In this document: positions 31,984-42,708 of the stretch, piece by piece
Numbering within the stretch: position 1 is the first letter of the stretch
Layout: each line of letters starts with the position of its first letter
NCBI GenBank assembly: GCA_035253605.1
Contig: DATFBV010000118.1
Location: 1 to 47,518 of the forward strand
DNA length: 47,518 nucleotides
Origin: Nitrososphaera sp.
GTDB lineage: Archaea > Thermoproteota > Nitrososphaeria > Nitrososphaerales > Nitrososphaeraceae
Direction: 5' to 3'
Made by a program: the position numbers and the translations under genes
Notes under the pieces: generated by a model
What the model was told of the DNA's origin: nothing
What the model saw: the letters and a program-made list of their open reading frames with translations, nothing else
Databases searched by the model: none

Positions 31984-32034
31984 ATCGACTTAGGACATGG
32001 TTTTCGAACAGAAATTTTAATTACCGGCTCTAAC

Positions 32035-33018
32035 TTGCCTCACGTTATGACGGATTCAGCCTTCATTCGAGGTTGTACGGAAAAAGTACTCTCCGGTAGT
32101 TCAATTACCTTTGAAGAAGCAGAGGATCTGCTACGCACTGATGACATCATGCTGCTTGCTGATTGTGCTAATACTATCACTCGAACTTTTAATGGTGATA
32201 GAGTAGATGTCGAGACTCTGGTAAATGCAAAATCTGGCAGGTGTCCGGAGGATTGCTCATTTTGTGCCCAATCTTCGTTTTATGATACCGGTATTAACAA
32301 ATATCCCCTATTATCGAATGAACAATTAGTCGAGAAGGCAGCAAAGGCAAAGGAAGAGGGGGCTACAAGTTTTTGCTTGGTATGCGCTTACAGAGAACCA
32401 CCCGAGAAGGATTTTCAACAGATCTGTGAAGCGATAGAAGAGATTAGATCCAAATTGGATATCGAAGTAAACGTCTCTTTAGGGTTCATGACATTAGACA
32501 GAGCGAGGAAGCTAAAGAAGTTGGGAGTCAAGCGCTACAACCATAACCTAGAAACTGCACAGAGCTATTTTCCTACTATCTGCAATACGCATGACTTCTC
32601 CGACAGGATAAATACTGCGAAAATAGTTAAGGAGGCAGGATTGCAGTTGTGCTCTGGAGGAATCATAGGTATGGGCGAAAGTCCTAGACAGAGGCTAGAG
32701 CTAGGATTCTCTCTTGAGTCGCTCCACCCTGAGGAGGTTCCAATCAATATTCTCATAGGTAGAGAAGGCACTCCACTTGGGAGTGTTAAGCCCATGGATC
32801 CTCTAGAGGCAATTAAGACAATTGCGGTGTGGCGTTTCATAATGCCAAAAACTATTCTAAAGATAGCAGGTGGACGGGAAGTGCATCTCAAGGATAATGA
32901 CAAACTAGCTCTAAAGGCGGGAGCAAATGGTATTATAACTGGGGGCTATCTGACAACGCGAGGAAACACGGCCAAAAAGGACATTGCGATGATAAAAGAA
33001 ATTGGACTCAAGCCATAA
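32035..33018 (+). CDS. bioB: biotin synthase
   Basis: SGRCPEDCSFCAQS radical SAM motif, YNHNLET, CSGGIIGMGE and VPIN. The start may be ATG32047. Confidence 0.97.
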   Translation: MPHVMTDSAFIRGCTEKVLSGSSITFEEAEDLLRTDDIMLLADCANTITRTFNGDRVDVETLVNAKSGRCPEDCSFCAQSSFYDTGINKYPLLSNEQLVEKAAKAKEEGATSFCLVCAYREPPEKDFQQICEAIEEIRSKLDIEVNVSLGFMTLDRARKLKKLGVKRYNHNLETAQSYFPTICNTHDFSDRINTAKIVKEAGLQLCSGGIIGMGESPRQRLELGFSLESLHPEEVPINILIGREGTPLGSVKPMDPLEAIKTIAVWRFIMPKTILKIAGGREVHLKDNDKLALKAGANGIITGGYLTTRGNTAKKDIAMIKEIGLKP

Positions 33019-34165
33019 GATTGCTTTCATTAAGGATCAGCTTGGTTCTCTCGAAAGGAGTGGATTATATCGTCAACTTAAGACAGTGGTTGCTAAAGGT
33101 CCAATGGCCAACGTCGATGGCAAGGAGGTCATCAATCTTTGCTCCAATGACTATCTTGGGCTCTCTCAAAACAAGCAAGTAATTGAGAATACTATTGCTG
33201 CACTGAATCAACAAGTGTCACAGTGTGGTTCAAGGTTAATCACAGGCAACCATCCAAAAATCATTGAGCTCGAAAGTCAGCTTGCATATCACCGCAGGAC
33301 AGAATCATCCCTTCTATATCCTACGGGTTACGCCGCTAACCTGGGCGTAGTAACGACTATCGCAGACAAGAACTCAACAATATTTAGCGATGAGCTGAAC
33401 CATGCTAGCATAGTCGATGCATGCAGGCTGAGCGGAGCGACAATTGTTGTCTTCCGGCATAATGACACAGCTCATTTACAGGAACTGATAAAGCGGGGTC
33501 ACGGCAGAAAAGTTGTGATAACGGAAGGTATCTTTAGTATGGATGGGGACACGGGAAACCTAGCAGAAATAAAGAGCATAGCAGACCATCATGATGCAAT
33601 AACCATCATTGACGACGCACACGGCGACTTTATCTTTGGCCCCAACTTTTCAGGTATGCCGGCTGAAATGCAAGTAAACTTTGATATTCATGTCAGCAGT
33701 ATGAGCAAAGCGTTGGGTTGCTTTGGAGGCTATGTAGCCACTACATTGCCAATTAGAGAACTGCTGATCAATACGTCAAGGCAATTTATCTATACTTCAG
33801 CCCTGCCTAGCCACCTCTGTTCTGCAGCAATTACCGCTATTCCAATAGCAAAAAGTGGATACTTGCAAAAGAGGCTTCAATGGAATATCCTCTATTTTTC
33901 AGAGGCAATCAAAAGGCTAGGATTTAAAATCGGAAACTCTGTCAGCCAGATAATCCCGATCGTAATTGGTAATGAAATACAGGCTCTTGAGCTTTCAAAA
34001 AAATTGTTAGAGGAGGGGGTTTTTGCTCAAGCAATTAGGTATCCGACGGTCAAAAAGGGCCATGCTCGCCTGAGAATTTCACTGAACGCCATACACAGCC
34101 AAAAACACTTGGATTGTGCCGTTGCAGCCTTTGAAAAAGTAGGTACAAAGATGGGCATCCTCTAA
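33002..34165 (+). CDS. bioF: 8-amino-7-oxononanoate synthase
   Basis: SNDYLGL, DELNHASI, FSMDGD, DDAH and SKALG motifs; located in the bio cluster. Confidence 0.92.
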   Translation: MDSSHKIAFIKDQLGSLERSGLYRQLKTVVAKGPMANVDGKEVINLCSNDYLGLSQNKQVIENTIAALNQQVSQCGSRLITGNHPKIIELESQLAYHRRTESSLLYPTGYAANLGVVTTIADKNSTIFSDELNHASIVDACRLSGATIVVFRHNDTAHLQELIKRGHGRKVVITEGIFSMDGDTGNLAEIKSIADHHDAITIIDDAHGDFIFGPNFSGMPAEMQVNFDIHVSSMSKALGCFGGYVATTLPIRELLINTSRQFIYTSALPSHLCSAAITAIPIAKSGYLQKRLQWNILYFSEAIKRLGFKIGNSVSQIIPIVIGNEIQALELSKKLLEEGVFAQAIRYPTVKKGHARLRISLNAIHSQKHLDCAVAAFEKVGTKMGIL

Positions 34166-34168
34166 AAA

Positions 34169-34194
34169 TATTTCTAAATTCGAATTTAGAAATA
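34169..34194. repeat. perfect 26-bp palindrome TATTTCTAAATTCGAATTTAGAAATA (copy 2)
   Basis: Begins 4 nt after the bioF stop; its core is identical to 31960-31983. Confidence 0.9.
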
Positions 34195-34216
34195 AACATT
34201 TTAATACAGAACCAGT

Positions 34217-34558
34217 ATGTGGACATGTATGCCCTTAAGGCAGCTTATGTTTGAGCTGAACCTCTCAGAGGAGCAATTTAAAGAAATCAGGCTTTATATC
34301 AGATCGCTTCCACCTGACGACCTAGTCTTTGGACTTCGCTTTGCATACAGCCGCTATGCTGCTGAAAGCGGCGGATATTTAATGCCGGGACGGAAGAGTC
34401 TTGTGAAAAGAGAAACGCTCTCCCTCACAGAGGATCAAGCAAATTGGCGGCTCAATAATTGGAAGGCCATGATCAAGACTTACAGGGAAAAAGGATATAG
34501 CTACCCTACGATATCTAGGATAAAAAAACAAGTTAAAAAAATAGCAAGTAAAAAATAA
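34217..34558 (+). CDS. hypothetical basic protein
   Basis: 113-aa ORF with a TATA-like TTTTAATA upstream; start uncertain. Confidence 0.65.
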   Translation: MWTCMPLRQLMFELNLSEEQFKEIRLYIRSLPPDDLVFGLRFAYSRYAAESGGYLMPGRKSLVKRETLSLTEDQANWRLNNWKAMIKTYREKGYSYPTISRIKKQVKKIASKK

Positions 34559-34580
34559 AGAGAGAGATAACGAGCTAGAT

Positions 34581-35231
34581 CTAGTAGCTTGTTGCCTCTA
34601 AGTTCTTTGCAGCTGCCAAGCTTGGAGAAGGCAAATCTGGGAACTTGTTCTTCATATTCATTTCTACTACCGCGCTGGCTTCTTCCATGATCTGTGCAGT
34701 GTCTTCATTTATTGTGTTGAAGTTTGCAATTTCACTATTGGGTATTTGTCCTGAGTCTGTCATAATGTTTCCTAGCAGCTCGGAGATTTGTCCAAATGAC
34801 TGATCTGCTTCCGGCATCATTCCTGACAATCCCGTCTGCAATCCCTTTATCACAGACATTGCAGGGCTCAGTGTTACCACTACGTCTCCAAGCTCTGTCA
34901 TTGTGTTGAGCCTAAGCTGTATTTGTTCTAAAGCTAGCTTTGCAGACGTGACCATCTTGTTCATCTTTCGAATCTGCGACAGCTCTCCTGATAATACCTT
35001 TGCATGAGAAGAATCATGGCTCTGCATTGCAAGCACTACACGCTTGAAAATTAGCTTATCTTTTTCTTGCATCCTCGACGCTATTGCATCGAGCCGTGCA
35101 ATCTGCATGTGCAATTTTTTCTGTGCTTCTTCTATTCTTGGCTTCAGCGGCGCTTGTGGCTTGATGCCCTCAAGCAGCTTGTGACCGACGCTTTCTCCTT
35201 GTGGCTTAACCCACCTGCTATCAAATGGCAT
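34581..35231 (-). CDS. cdvB: ESCRT-III/Snf7-family protein (CdvB paralogue)
   Basis: Helical hairpin with ELSQIRK, LEQIQLRLNT, LGDVVVTLSPA, IMEEA and a C-terminal FPDLP. Confidence 0.88.
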   Translation of the reverse strand: MPFDSRWVKPQGESVGHKLLEGIKPQAPLKPRIEEAQKKLHMQIARLDAIASRMQEKDKLIFKRVVLAMQSHDSSHAKVLSGELSQIRKMNKMVTSAKLALEQIQLRLNTMTELGDVVVTLSPAMSVIKGLQTGLSGMMPEADQSFGQISELLGNIMTDSGQIPNSEIANFNTINEDTAQIMEEASAVVEMNMKNKFPDLPSPSLAAAKNLEATSY

Positions 35232-35409
35232 TCTTAATACTATAGCACCCAGCCATTATGACATTAAAATCATAAAAATATCGATGTATTCCTGCAGGTT
35301 GTAACCGTAGTAACAAGCGTTAATGGTTACATGGCCTCAATTTTAGGTCTACGTTGAATTTACATTGTAGACAGGTTTTTAAATGCTATAGTCTGGTTAC
35401 GTGTAGAAC

Positions 35410-35673
35410 ATGATAAAGGAGAAGATAAAGGTCAACAATCGCAGCTATGACGTGACAATGAATGAACAGACACATATGTATGCAATGCGATTGAGGAGGC
35501 TTTATCAACAGAGCTATAGCGACATGGACAGCTTTGACGAAGTAAGTTCTGAGATCTCCACCACTGTAAGCAATTTACTTAAACACGCCATTTCGCCGGA
35601 AGTAAGGGAGGACGACATGGACGGCGTCATCCAGCAGCTACTCAAAATGTATGAAAAAACGACTAAAAAGTAG
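35410..35673 (+). CDS. small hypothetical protein
   Basis: 87-aa ORF with an ATG start and TTTTTAAA upstream. Confidence 0.7.
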   Translation: MIKEKIKVNNRSYDVTMNEQTHMYAMRLRRLYQQSYSDMDSFDEVSSEISTTVSNLLKHAISPEVREDDMDGVIQQLLKMYEKTTKK

Positions 35674-35720
35674 TAGCATCCAGAACAACGTCTAAATAAC
35701 AATCACAAGGCTCCAGTAAT

Positions 35721-37061
35721 ATGGGTGCACTTACTGTCAAAAAATGCATCAATCCCTCATGCGGTTTAAGTCATGACATTAATAATGATATTTACAGATG
35801 CTCCTGTGGCTCACTTCTCGATATAAAGTATAGTCAGAAGCAAAGCCGGGACCTAATAGAAAAGTTCTATCATCGTAGAGATCATGGAGGCAACATTTAC
35901 AACGAAAGCGGAGTGTGGCGCTTTCGCGAACTAATCAATTTTGCCAGTATAGACACAGAAGACTTTGAAGAATGCGCCCACTTGCTAGTATCGCTTGACG
36001 GCTCTGAAGGCCGCCTTTCTAAACCCTATAAAATGAGCAAAGTGGCTGATTATGCAAGCATGGACCATAATTCGCTATTTCTTCAACCAGAAGGATACAA
36101 TCCCTCAGGCTCGTTTAAGGATAATGGCATGTCGACCGCGATGACACATGCAAAAATGATTGGTATCAAAAAGATAGTCTGTGCCTCGACGGGCAACACT
36201 TCAGCTTCTGCAGCAATGTATGCTGCAAATGAAAATATGGCTTGTGACGTCTACATCCCAAGAGGCGAAATTGCCCCTGGCAAACTCGGCCAAGCCTTTC
36301 AGTTTGGTGCGCAGATAATACAAGTACAAGGAAATTTTGATGACGCTCTTACCGCTTCGCTCAAAAACGCAAAGGAAACTGGGGGATACACTGTAAATTC
36401 AGTGAATCCATTTCGCTTGGAGGGTCAAAAGACCATCCTTTACCGGGCCCTTGAATACCTTGACTGGAACCCGCCGGACTGGATAGTATATCCAGGTGGA
36501 GCTTTGGGCAATGCATCCAGCTGCGGAAAGTGCTTAATCGAGCTCTACGAATGGGGTTGGATCAAGAAAATTCCGCGTCTTGTAGTAGTTAATGCAGACG
36601 GGGCAAATACATTGTATAAATTGTACAATGGATTCTTTGAAGACAAGCCTCTAAGATGGAACGGAGGCAGGCCAGATCTTGCGATCATTGACCGCTATTA
36701 TGCCGACCTGGACAAAAGAGGAGTGAGGCCAAAAACCCACGCAACAGCAATTCAGATAGGCAGACCTGCAAATATTGTCAAAGCCCTACGCGCCTTAGAC
36801 TTTACTAATGGTGTGGTGGTGGAGGTCAGCGACAAAGAAATGAGTGATGGCATGTCAATCGTTGGTCTAAATGGCTTTGACTGTGAAATGGCATCTGGTG
36901 CAGTTCCAGCAGGTGTTAGAAAGCTACGCAAGGAAGGAGTAATGAAGGACGATGATATTGTGGTTGGCATCCTTACTGGAAGGCAGAAGGATCCCGCCCT
37001 CGCAGTAGAATATCATGCAAATATACAAAATATGTTTGCAAGGCCACCCACGAGCCACTAG
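35721..37061 (+). CDS. thrC: threonine synthase
   Basis: NPSGSFKD PLP lysine, ASTGNTSAS, NSVNPFRLEGQKT and ATAIQIG; N-terminal Cys ribbon. Confidence 0.93.
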   Translation: MGALTVKKCINPSCGLSHDINNDIYRCSCGSLLDIKYSQKQSRDLIEKFYHRRDHGGNIYNESGVWRFRELINFASIDTEDFEECAHLLVSLDGSEGRLSKPYKMSKVADYASMDHNSLFLQPEGYNPSGSFKDNGMSTAMTHAKMIGIKKIVCASTGNTSASAAMYAANENMACDVYIPRGEIAPGKLGQAFQFGAQIIQVQGNFDDALTASLKNAKETGGYTVNSVNPFRLEGQKTILYRALEYLDWNPPDWIVYPGGALGNASSCGKCLIELYEWGWIKKIPRLVVVNADGANTLYKLYNGFFEDKPLRWNGGRPDLAIIDRYYADLDKRGVRPKTHATAIQIGRPANIVKALRALDFTNGVVVEVSDKEMSDGMSIVGLNGFDCEMASGAVPAGVRKLRKEGVMKDDDIVVGILTGRQKDPALAVEYHANIQNMFARPPTSH

Positions 37062-37325
37062 GGTTTTTCCTATCTGTGCCAGAAATACGTCAATGACTTT
37101 ATTACTACGTTAATAGTATTAAAATGGCACTTTAATATTAATAGCAATAACATGAGTATATTATCCCTTTCTTCAAAATGTTATCTCATTTTTCAAAATG
37201 GTACTAGCAGAATAGTCTTCAGTTAGACTTTCTCCATGGCACTCTAAGTTCTCTTCTTTTTCAATCTAATAACAACAAATCAATAAACAGTACATTATAC
37301 AATCGTCAGACTGAGCAAAATCCTC

Positions 37326-38681
37326 TCAGCAGGATGATGCCTGCTTAAGGGCGGAAAGTATGGCGTTTGCCTTATGTTCTGTTTCTGCCCATTCAAGTTC
37401 TGGATCAGAATCAATAACAATGCCTGCACCTGACTGGAGATATGCCTTGCTGCCATTCACAAATAGTGACCTTATAGTTATTGCAAAATCGCATGAGCCA
37501 TTAAACGAAAAGTAACCTATAGCGCCAGCATAAGGTCCTCTTAATGAAGGCTCGAGCTCGTCTATTATTTGCATTGCTCGAACTTTAGGAGCACCTGACA
37601 CAGTGCCAGCTGGAAAGACAGCTTTGATCGAATTGTACGAATCAAAATTCTTGTGCAATGTACCGACGACATGAGAGACAATATGTTGAACATGACTGAA
37701 TCGTTTAACGCTCATGAAGTCCTTAACCTTAACCGTGCCAAATTCACAGACCCTTCCTATATCATTTCTTGCTAGATCGACAAGCATTGTATGTTCAGCA
37801 ATTTCCTTTTCATCCTCGAGTAATTCTTTACGCAACTTTTCGTTCTCTGTTTCGTCCTGCAGTATCTGCCTTGTACCCGCGATAGGAAAAGTCTCGATAA
37901 AGTCTTTTGTGATACGAATGAGCATTTCAGGACTCGAGCCTATTATGGACCTGTCAGACATTTTTAGCATATACATGTATGGCGAGGGATTTACTTCTCG
38001 AAGTTTAGCGTACAGATCAATAAGGTTGCCTTTGACTGTGAACTTCATACTCTTTGCGAGCACTACTTGGAAAATGTGACCATCATATAAGTAGCGCTTC
38101 GCCTTCTTCACCATTTTAACAAAGTCTTTCTTCGTCATGTTTCTCTTTGGTGCCGAATATGAGAACCTAGCAGGTTTATGTTTGGTTTGAGCCATCTTGT
38201 GTTCTATTTGCTCTAGCCGCGATTCTTCAAGAAAAAAATAGTAAGCTTGATTTTCCTTGTGGTTAAAGAGTATGCCGTCATCATAGATGCCAAATTCCAG
38301 GAGGGGAAAGTCGTTAGCTTCTTTGTTCTTGTTGATTGGCAAATGCTCCCAGAACCGGATCGCATCGTAACTGATGTACCCTACGGCTCCGCCAACATAG
38401 CGGAAACGATCATCATTGACTTTAGCCATTAAGTCGCGGATGCTAGACAGTGGTTCTTTTGCCGGCGAGATCTGTAGAATTCTGCCGCTCCTATCTTCGA
38501 CCTTGAACTCCTTAGAATCGCATGTTACAACCAGTTTGGGGTCAAATCCAATGATGGACATTTCAGCCAGCTCTTTAGGCCCAATGAGTGACTCGAAGAT
38601 GAACACCCTTTCGTAGAGAAGGTAGAGCTTTTTAAAAAGTTCAAACTGATTTTCAGAACTAGTTAGCCTCTGTATCTGCAC
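37326..38681 (-). CDS. trpE: anthranilate synthase component I / chorismate-binding enzyme
   Basis: FQVV, NPSPYM, SSPE, PIAGT, EHTMLVDLARND and FPAGTVSGAPK motifs. The frame stays open to an ATT at 38711. Confidence 0.88.
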   Translation of the reverse strand: MQIQRLTSSENQFELFKKLYLLYERVFIFESLIGPKELAEMSIIGFDPKLVVTCDSKEFKVEDRSGRILQISPAKEPLSSIRDLMAKVNDDRFRYVGGAVGYISYDAIRFWEHLPINKNKEANDFPLLEFGIYDDGILFNHKENQAYYFFLEESRLEQIEHKMAQTKHKPARFSYSAPKRNMTKKDFVKMVKKAKRYLYDGHIFQVVLAKSMKFTVKGNLIDLYAKLREVNPSPYMYMLKMSDRSIIGSSPEMLIRITKDFIETFPIAGTRQILQDETENEKLRKELLEDEKEIAEHTMLVDLARNDIGRVCEFGTVKVKDFMSVKRFSHVQHIVSHVVGTLHKNFDSYNSIKAVFPAGTVSGAPKVRAMQIIDELEPSLRGPYAGAIGYFSFNGSCDFAITIRSLFVNGSKAYLQSGAGIVIDSDPELEWAETEHKANAILSALKQASSC

Positions 38682-38772
38682 TGAAGCGCCTATAAGATGA
38701 CCAAAAGTAATCCCTCTCGCTCATATACTCCTACCTACAACTGAGTCTGCGGTAGAGATAAAATTTAAACCT

Positions 38773-40455
38773 TTATCGATTGGTAGTAGTAGCCATCACT
38801 GCACCTTCCGACGCAGATTCGACCAGCAATGAGTATTTTGCAAGCGCTCCTGTAGTATAGCGAGGTTTGATAGGCTTCCACTTCCTTCTCCTTTTTCTCA
38901 GCTCGCCCTCCGAAATCATGAGGTCTATCTTGCTTCTTTGCATATCTATTATGATTTGATCGTATTCCTTTACTAGGGCAATGGGGCCACCAACCATAGC
39001 TTCAGGAGCAACATGACCTACCATAAATCCTCTAGTTGCGCCCGAAAACCTACCATCTGTGACCATCGCGACTTTTTCTCCTAGGCCTTGTCCTACGACG
39101 GCTGCAGTTACTGAGAGCATTTCACGCATTCCCGGTCCTCCTTTCGGTCCCTCATAGCGGATGACGATTGTGTCGCCTTCTACTATATTGCGTTTTGATA
39201 CGGCATCAAATGCTTCCTCTTCAGTGTCAAATATTCTTGCTCTGCCAACAAATTTCTTGCTATGTAGTCCTGCAAGCTTCATTACCGCGCCTTCGGGTGC
39301 GAGTGAGCCTTTAAGCACCTTAAGTGTACCTTCGTGCTTGATTGGGTTGTCAAGATGTCTGATTACCTTGTTGTTAATATCGAAGTTAAACTCGACGGAT
39401 TCCAAATTTTCCTTCATGGTCCTGCCGCTAACAGTCAAGACTTTGCCGTTTAAAAGATTCTTTTTGAGCAAACTATTGAGTATTATTGGTACTCCGCCTA
39501 CCTTGTCAAGGTCAGCCATTATATACATTCCACCAGGCCTCATGTCTGCGATGTGAGGCGTGCGCTTGCGAATACTTTCAAAGTCTGAAAGGTTTAGTTT
39601 TACTCCTACTTCCCTCGCTAATGCGAGGAGGTGCAGCACAGCATTAGTCGAACCGCCTATTGCATTTGCCATCATAATTGCATTCTCAAAGGCTTCAAAC
39701 GTCATGATATCGCGTGGCCTGATGTTGGTTTCAAGCAGATTCATTATGGCTTTGCCAGTGTTATAGCAGATTTCGAGTCGTCGTTCGCTCTCTGCTGGAG
39801 CAGAAGCGCTTCCAAGAATTGACATACCCAGTGCCTCGCTAATTGAAGCCATCGTATTTGCAGTGTACATACCAGCACATGATCCTGCGCTAGGACATGC
39901 GACATTTTCAAGGCTGACAAGTTCCTGCAATGTCATCTTGCCGGCATCATATGCACCCACAGCTTCATAAACATCCTGCACCGTTACCTGCTTACCATTC
40001 CACAAACCCGGCATGATAGTTCCCCCATAAACAAATATTGACGGCCGATTCAGCCGGCCCATACCCATTAGTGTCCCTGGCAAGCTCTTGTCACAGCCTG
40101 ATATGCCTACTAAGCCGTCGTATTGATGCGCTCTAACCATTACTTCAATAGAATCTGCGATTATTTCACGGCTCACAAGAGAGGCCTTCATGCCCTCGTG
40201 GCCCATAGCAATGCCATCAGAAACGGCAATCGCGGTGAACTCCCTTGGAGTGCATCCAGCATCTTTGACACCGCGTTTGGCGCTCTGGGCAAGCCGTCCA
40301 AGATGGATGTTACAGGGGGTGGCCTCGTTACATGTAGAAGATACTCCTACCAGAGGCCGGTCCAGGTCTCCATCTGTCAGTCCCATCGCCTTGTACATTG
40401 CCCGATGCGGAGCCCTCTCTGGCCCATCAAGCACCTTTCTACTCTCGAGCTTCAT
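38773..40455 (-). CDS. ilvD: dihydroxy-acid dehydratase
   Basis: PCNIH, DGIAMGH, CDK, GGSTN, GPGMREM and TDGRFSG motifs. Confidence 0.97.
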   Translation of the reverse strand: MKLESRKVLDGPERAPHRAMYKAMGLTDGDLDRPLVGVSSTCNEATPCNIHLGRLAQSAKRGVKDAGCTPREFTAIAVSDGIAMGHEGMKASLVSREIIADSIEVMVRAHQYDGLVGISGCDKSLPGTLMGMGRLNRPSIFVYGGTIMPGLWNGKQVTVQDVYEAVGAYDAGKMTLQELVSLENVACPSAGSCAGMYTANTMASISEALGMSILGSASAPAESERRLEICYNTGKAIMNLLETNIRPRDIMTFEAFENAIMMANAIGGSTNAVLHLLALAREVGVKLNLSDFESIRKRTPHIADMRPGGMYIMADLDKVGGVPIILNSLLKKNLLNGKVLTVSGRTMKENLESVEFNFDINNKVIRHLDNPIKHEGTLKVLKGSLAPEGAVMKLAGLHSKKFVGRARIFDTEEEAFDAVSKRNIVEGDTIVIRYEGPKGGPGMREMLSVTAAVVGQGLGEKVAMVTDGRFSGATRGFMVGHVAPEAMVGGPIALVKEYDQIIIDMQRSKIDLMISEGELRKRRRKWKPIKPRYTTGALAKYSLLVESASEGAVMATTTNR

Positions 40456-40495
40456 TACAATTATCGGTACAGGTGCATATTTTAAGATTATTCAG

Positions 40496-40684
40496 TTACT
40501 CAAGAGTAGCCATTATCTTGACAGCATCAATCCCCTCTACCTTGAAAACGGTCTCGCACATACCGCATTCTGCATTACCACTTGAAAGATCTTTAGCAAG
40601 TACCTCTTCATTCAAGTAGTCACACTTGGGGCAGCGAAAAGAGAAGGTCATGTCAAAGCTATCGAGCTCGAGTGTTTCGCCCAT
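40496..40684 (-). CDS. small Zn-ribbon protein
   Basis: CPKC...CGMC; ATG start with TTTTAAATA upstream. Confidence 0.65.
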   Translation of the reverse strand: MGETLELDSFDMTFSFRCPKCDYLNEEVLAKDLSSGNAECGMCETVFKVEGIDAVKIMATLE

Positions 40685-40779
40685 CTATATAAAATTCGGA
40701 CCCTTGGTCTATTTAAAAATTAATATGGTTAATAGCAAAAAATAAACAACCAATATGCTCACAAGCTATTAGGCACAGC

Positions 40780-41199
40780 ATGAACAAACCTTGCATCTTC
40801 TGCTCCATAATAGCCGGGCAAGAGCCCTGTGTTCAGATCCACCACGAAAATGGCTTCTTAGTCCTTATGGATAAATATCCAATCAACCCTGGTCATGCCC
40901 TAGTGATGCCCACAAAACATTACGAGACATTGCTCCATATGCCTCCTGCCGAAGTCGGCAAATTGTATTCTTTGGTACCGAGAATCGCTAAGGCAATAAT
41001 ATCGGCTGTAAAGGCTGATGGCTTCAATGTGGGGCAGAACAACGGAACAGCTGCAAACCAAATTGTCCCACATGTACACGTCCATATCGTGCCCCGGTTT
41101 TATGATGACAGCCCCGACGGAAAATGGCCTTCCAGAAGGGTTGCCTCTCCTGAAGACATAGCTGAAATAGCACAAAAGATTAAAGAGATGATCTCCTAA
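40780..41199 (+). CDS. HIT family nucleotide hydrolase
   Basis: CIFC, PGH and HVHVHIVPR histidine triad. Confidence 0.95.
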   Translation: MNKPCIFCSIIAGQEPCVQIHHENGFLVLMDKYPINPGHALVMPTKHYETLLHMPPAEVGKLYSLVPRIAKAIISAVKADGFNVGQNNGTAANQIVPHVHVHIVPRFYDDSPDGKWPSRRVASPEDIAEIAQKIKEMIS

Positions 41200-41350
41200 C
41201 CTATTCGAAACATCTTTGATAATCTTGAACACGCTATCAACACAAGCAGGAAATATGTACTGCTGCTCAGCAAAGGACCAAGATAAAGTGGTATTGCTAA
41301 TGATAGGATAAAGTCTGAACATAATCTTGCATAATTTTTTTGCTAACAGA

Positions 41351-42139
41351 TCAAACTGCAATTGAAGATGATGAACTTCTTTTTTCTTCATCTAGTTCAT
41401 AGGCACTTTTGGCGTTAATCTCTACAATTCCTTTATTCTTCACATATGATCGTAATGTTCCACCAAATACCACACCACCGTCTAAGGCACATGCCCAGTC
41501 AGAGACCCATGCCTTATCATGTCGTTGATGTCCGAAAAAGATCTTTATTGAGGGAGCAGAATGATGCCTTTGTGATGAGTACAAATAGGGATATTCATAC
41601 CACCACGGATCTGCGCCTTGATTAGAAATTTTCTTAGTCTTTGGGTTCCATGTTCTGATATAGATACAGTGATCCTTCTGCTGTCTATTGATCGGTCTAT
41701 CCGGACGTATTCCTGCATGTACGACATATGAAGTGTCTTCGTACCTCACTATCCACGGGAGAGATTCTAACCATTTCAAGAATGATGGATCTCTGAGAAA
41801 GGCCTCGCCACATTGCTCAATTGTCTTGACAAGTGCAGTAGTTTGTACATTATGCCCTCCAAGATATCTTAGAAGCTTCTTTTCATGATTGGACATCAAT
41901 GAATACACTGATGGAGTATTCATGGCAAACATTAGAGTTTCTTTGATCTTGGGCCCGCGATCGATAAGGTCGCCAGTTAGTATGAGAATATGACTCTGTG
42001 GCGACCAGTCAATTGCATCAAGCAGTTCACTGAGCTCGTCATAACAACCATGGATGTCTCCTATGATTGCGACCTTCTTACCTACACAAGGCCTCCGTAA
42101 GTCAAGGATCTGCGCAATTTCGCCGCGATTAGGCTTCAT
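41351..42139 (-). CDS. calcineurin-like metallophosphoesterase (ApaH/PrpE-like)
   Basis: GDIHG, GDLIDRGP, SNHE, VHAG, FGH and LDGG motifs. Confidence 0.88.
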   Translation of the reverse strand: MKPNRGEIAQILDLRRPCVGKKVAIIGDIHGCYDELSELLDAIDWSPQSHILILTGDLIDRGPKIKETLMFAMNTPSVYSLMSNHEKKLLRYLGGHNVQTTALVKTIEQCGEAFLRDPSFLKWLESLPWIVRYEDTSYVVHAGIRPDRPINRQQKDHCIYIRTWNPKTKKISNQGADPWWYEYPYLYSSQRHHSAPSIKIFFGHQRHDKAWVSDWACALDGGVVFGGTLRSYVKNKGIVEINAKSAYELDEEKRSSSSSIAV

Positions 42140-42405
42140 ACGCTTTACATCACTTATCCTTGATGGTTAATGAAGCTGAGGTCGTAAACCCTATATGAAA
42201 GATAATAATGCAGAAGCAATGACAGGGGACAATAATAATAGGGAGAAGATATGCATGCAATGACGAGCATAGCACTTCCAGTAACACCCAGAGGATTTAG
42301 TTCTGATGGTTAACTTCACGATCCTTGAATCATTGGAAGTTGTGCAAACATCACTATCAAAAGCAGGATCTGTGCCTTCTTTGCTTCAGACTGCAACACA
42401 AATAG

Positions 42406-42708
42406 CTATTGACTTTCCTTAACCATCAGGTGGCGCCTTTTTGTTATCTCAAGCTCGTTTTCCTCGAGAAGATACCTCAGATCATAGTCGTGGCGTGGGC
42501 AAAGGTACAATATCAGCTTGAATGCATTGACGTCTGCAAGCGAGTCTCTTTCTACCATCATCTGTTTTTCGCCACCATCAACGTTCAAAGCATTGATATC
42601 ACTTTCCTTGATGACGACGTATACGGACGCGCGCTCAAAGCATGCAGCTACTTGGCATGCTGGATGATGCAATGGAACTCTAATACCTTGGCCATCATCA
42701 GTTAGCAT
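42406..42708 (-). CDS. hypothetical protein with a C-x4-C...C-x2-H motif
   Basis: CQVAAC...LYLCPRH; ATG start. Confidence 0.55.
   Translation of the reverse strand: MLTDDGQGIRVPLHHPACQVAACFERASVYVVIKESDINALNVDGGEKQMMVERDSLADVNAFKLILYLCPRHDYDLRYLLEENELEITKRRHLMVKESQ

Noticed and set aside
31960-34194. Palindromes as CRISPR repeats or a Xer dif site
   Set aside because: There are only two copies, 2.2 kb apart, with genes between them and no cas genes. A dif site is normally single, about 28 bp, with an asymmetric spacer, and the adjacent enzyme is a serine rather than a tyrosine recombinase.
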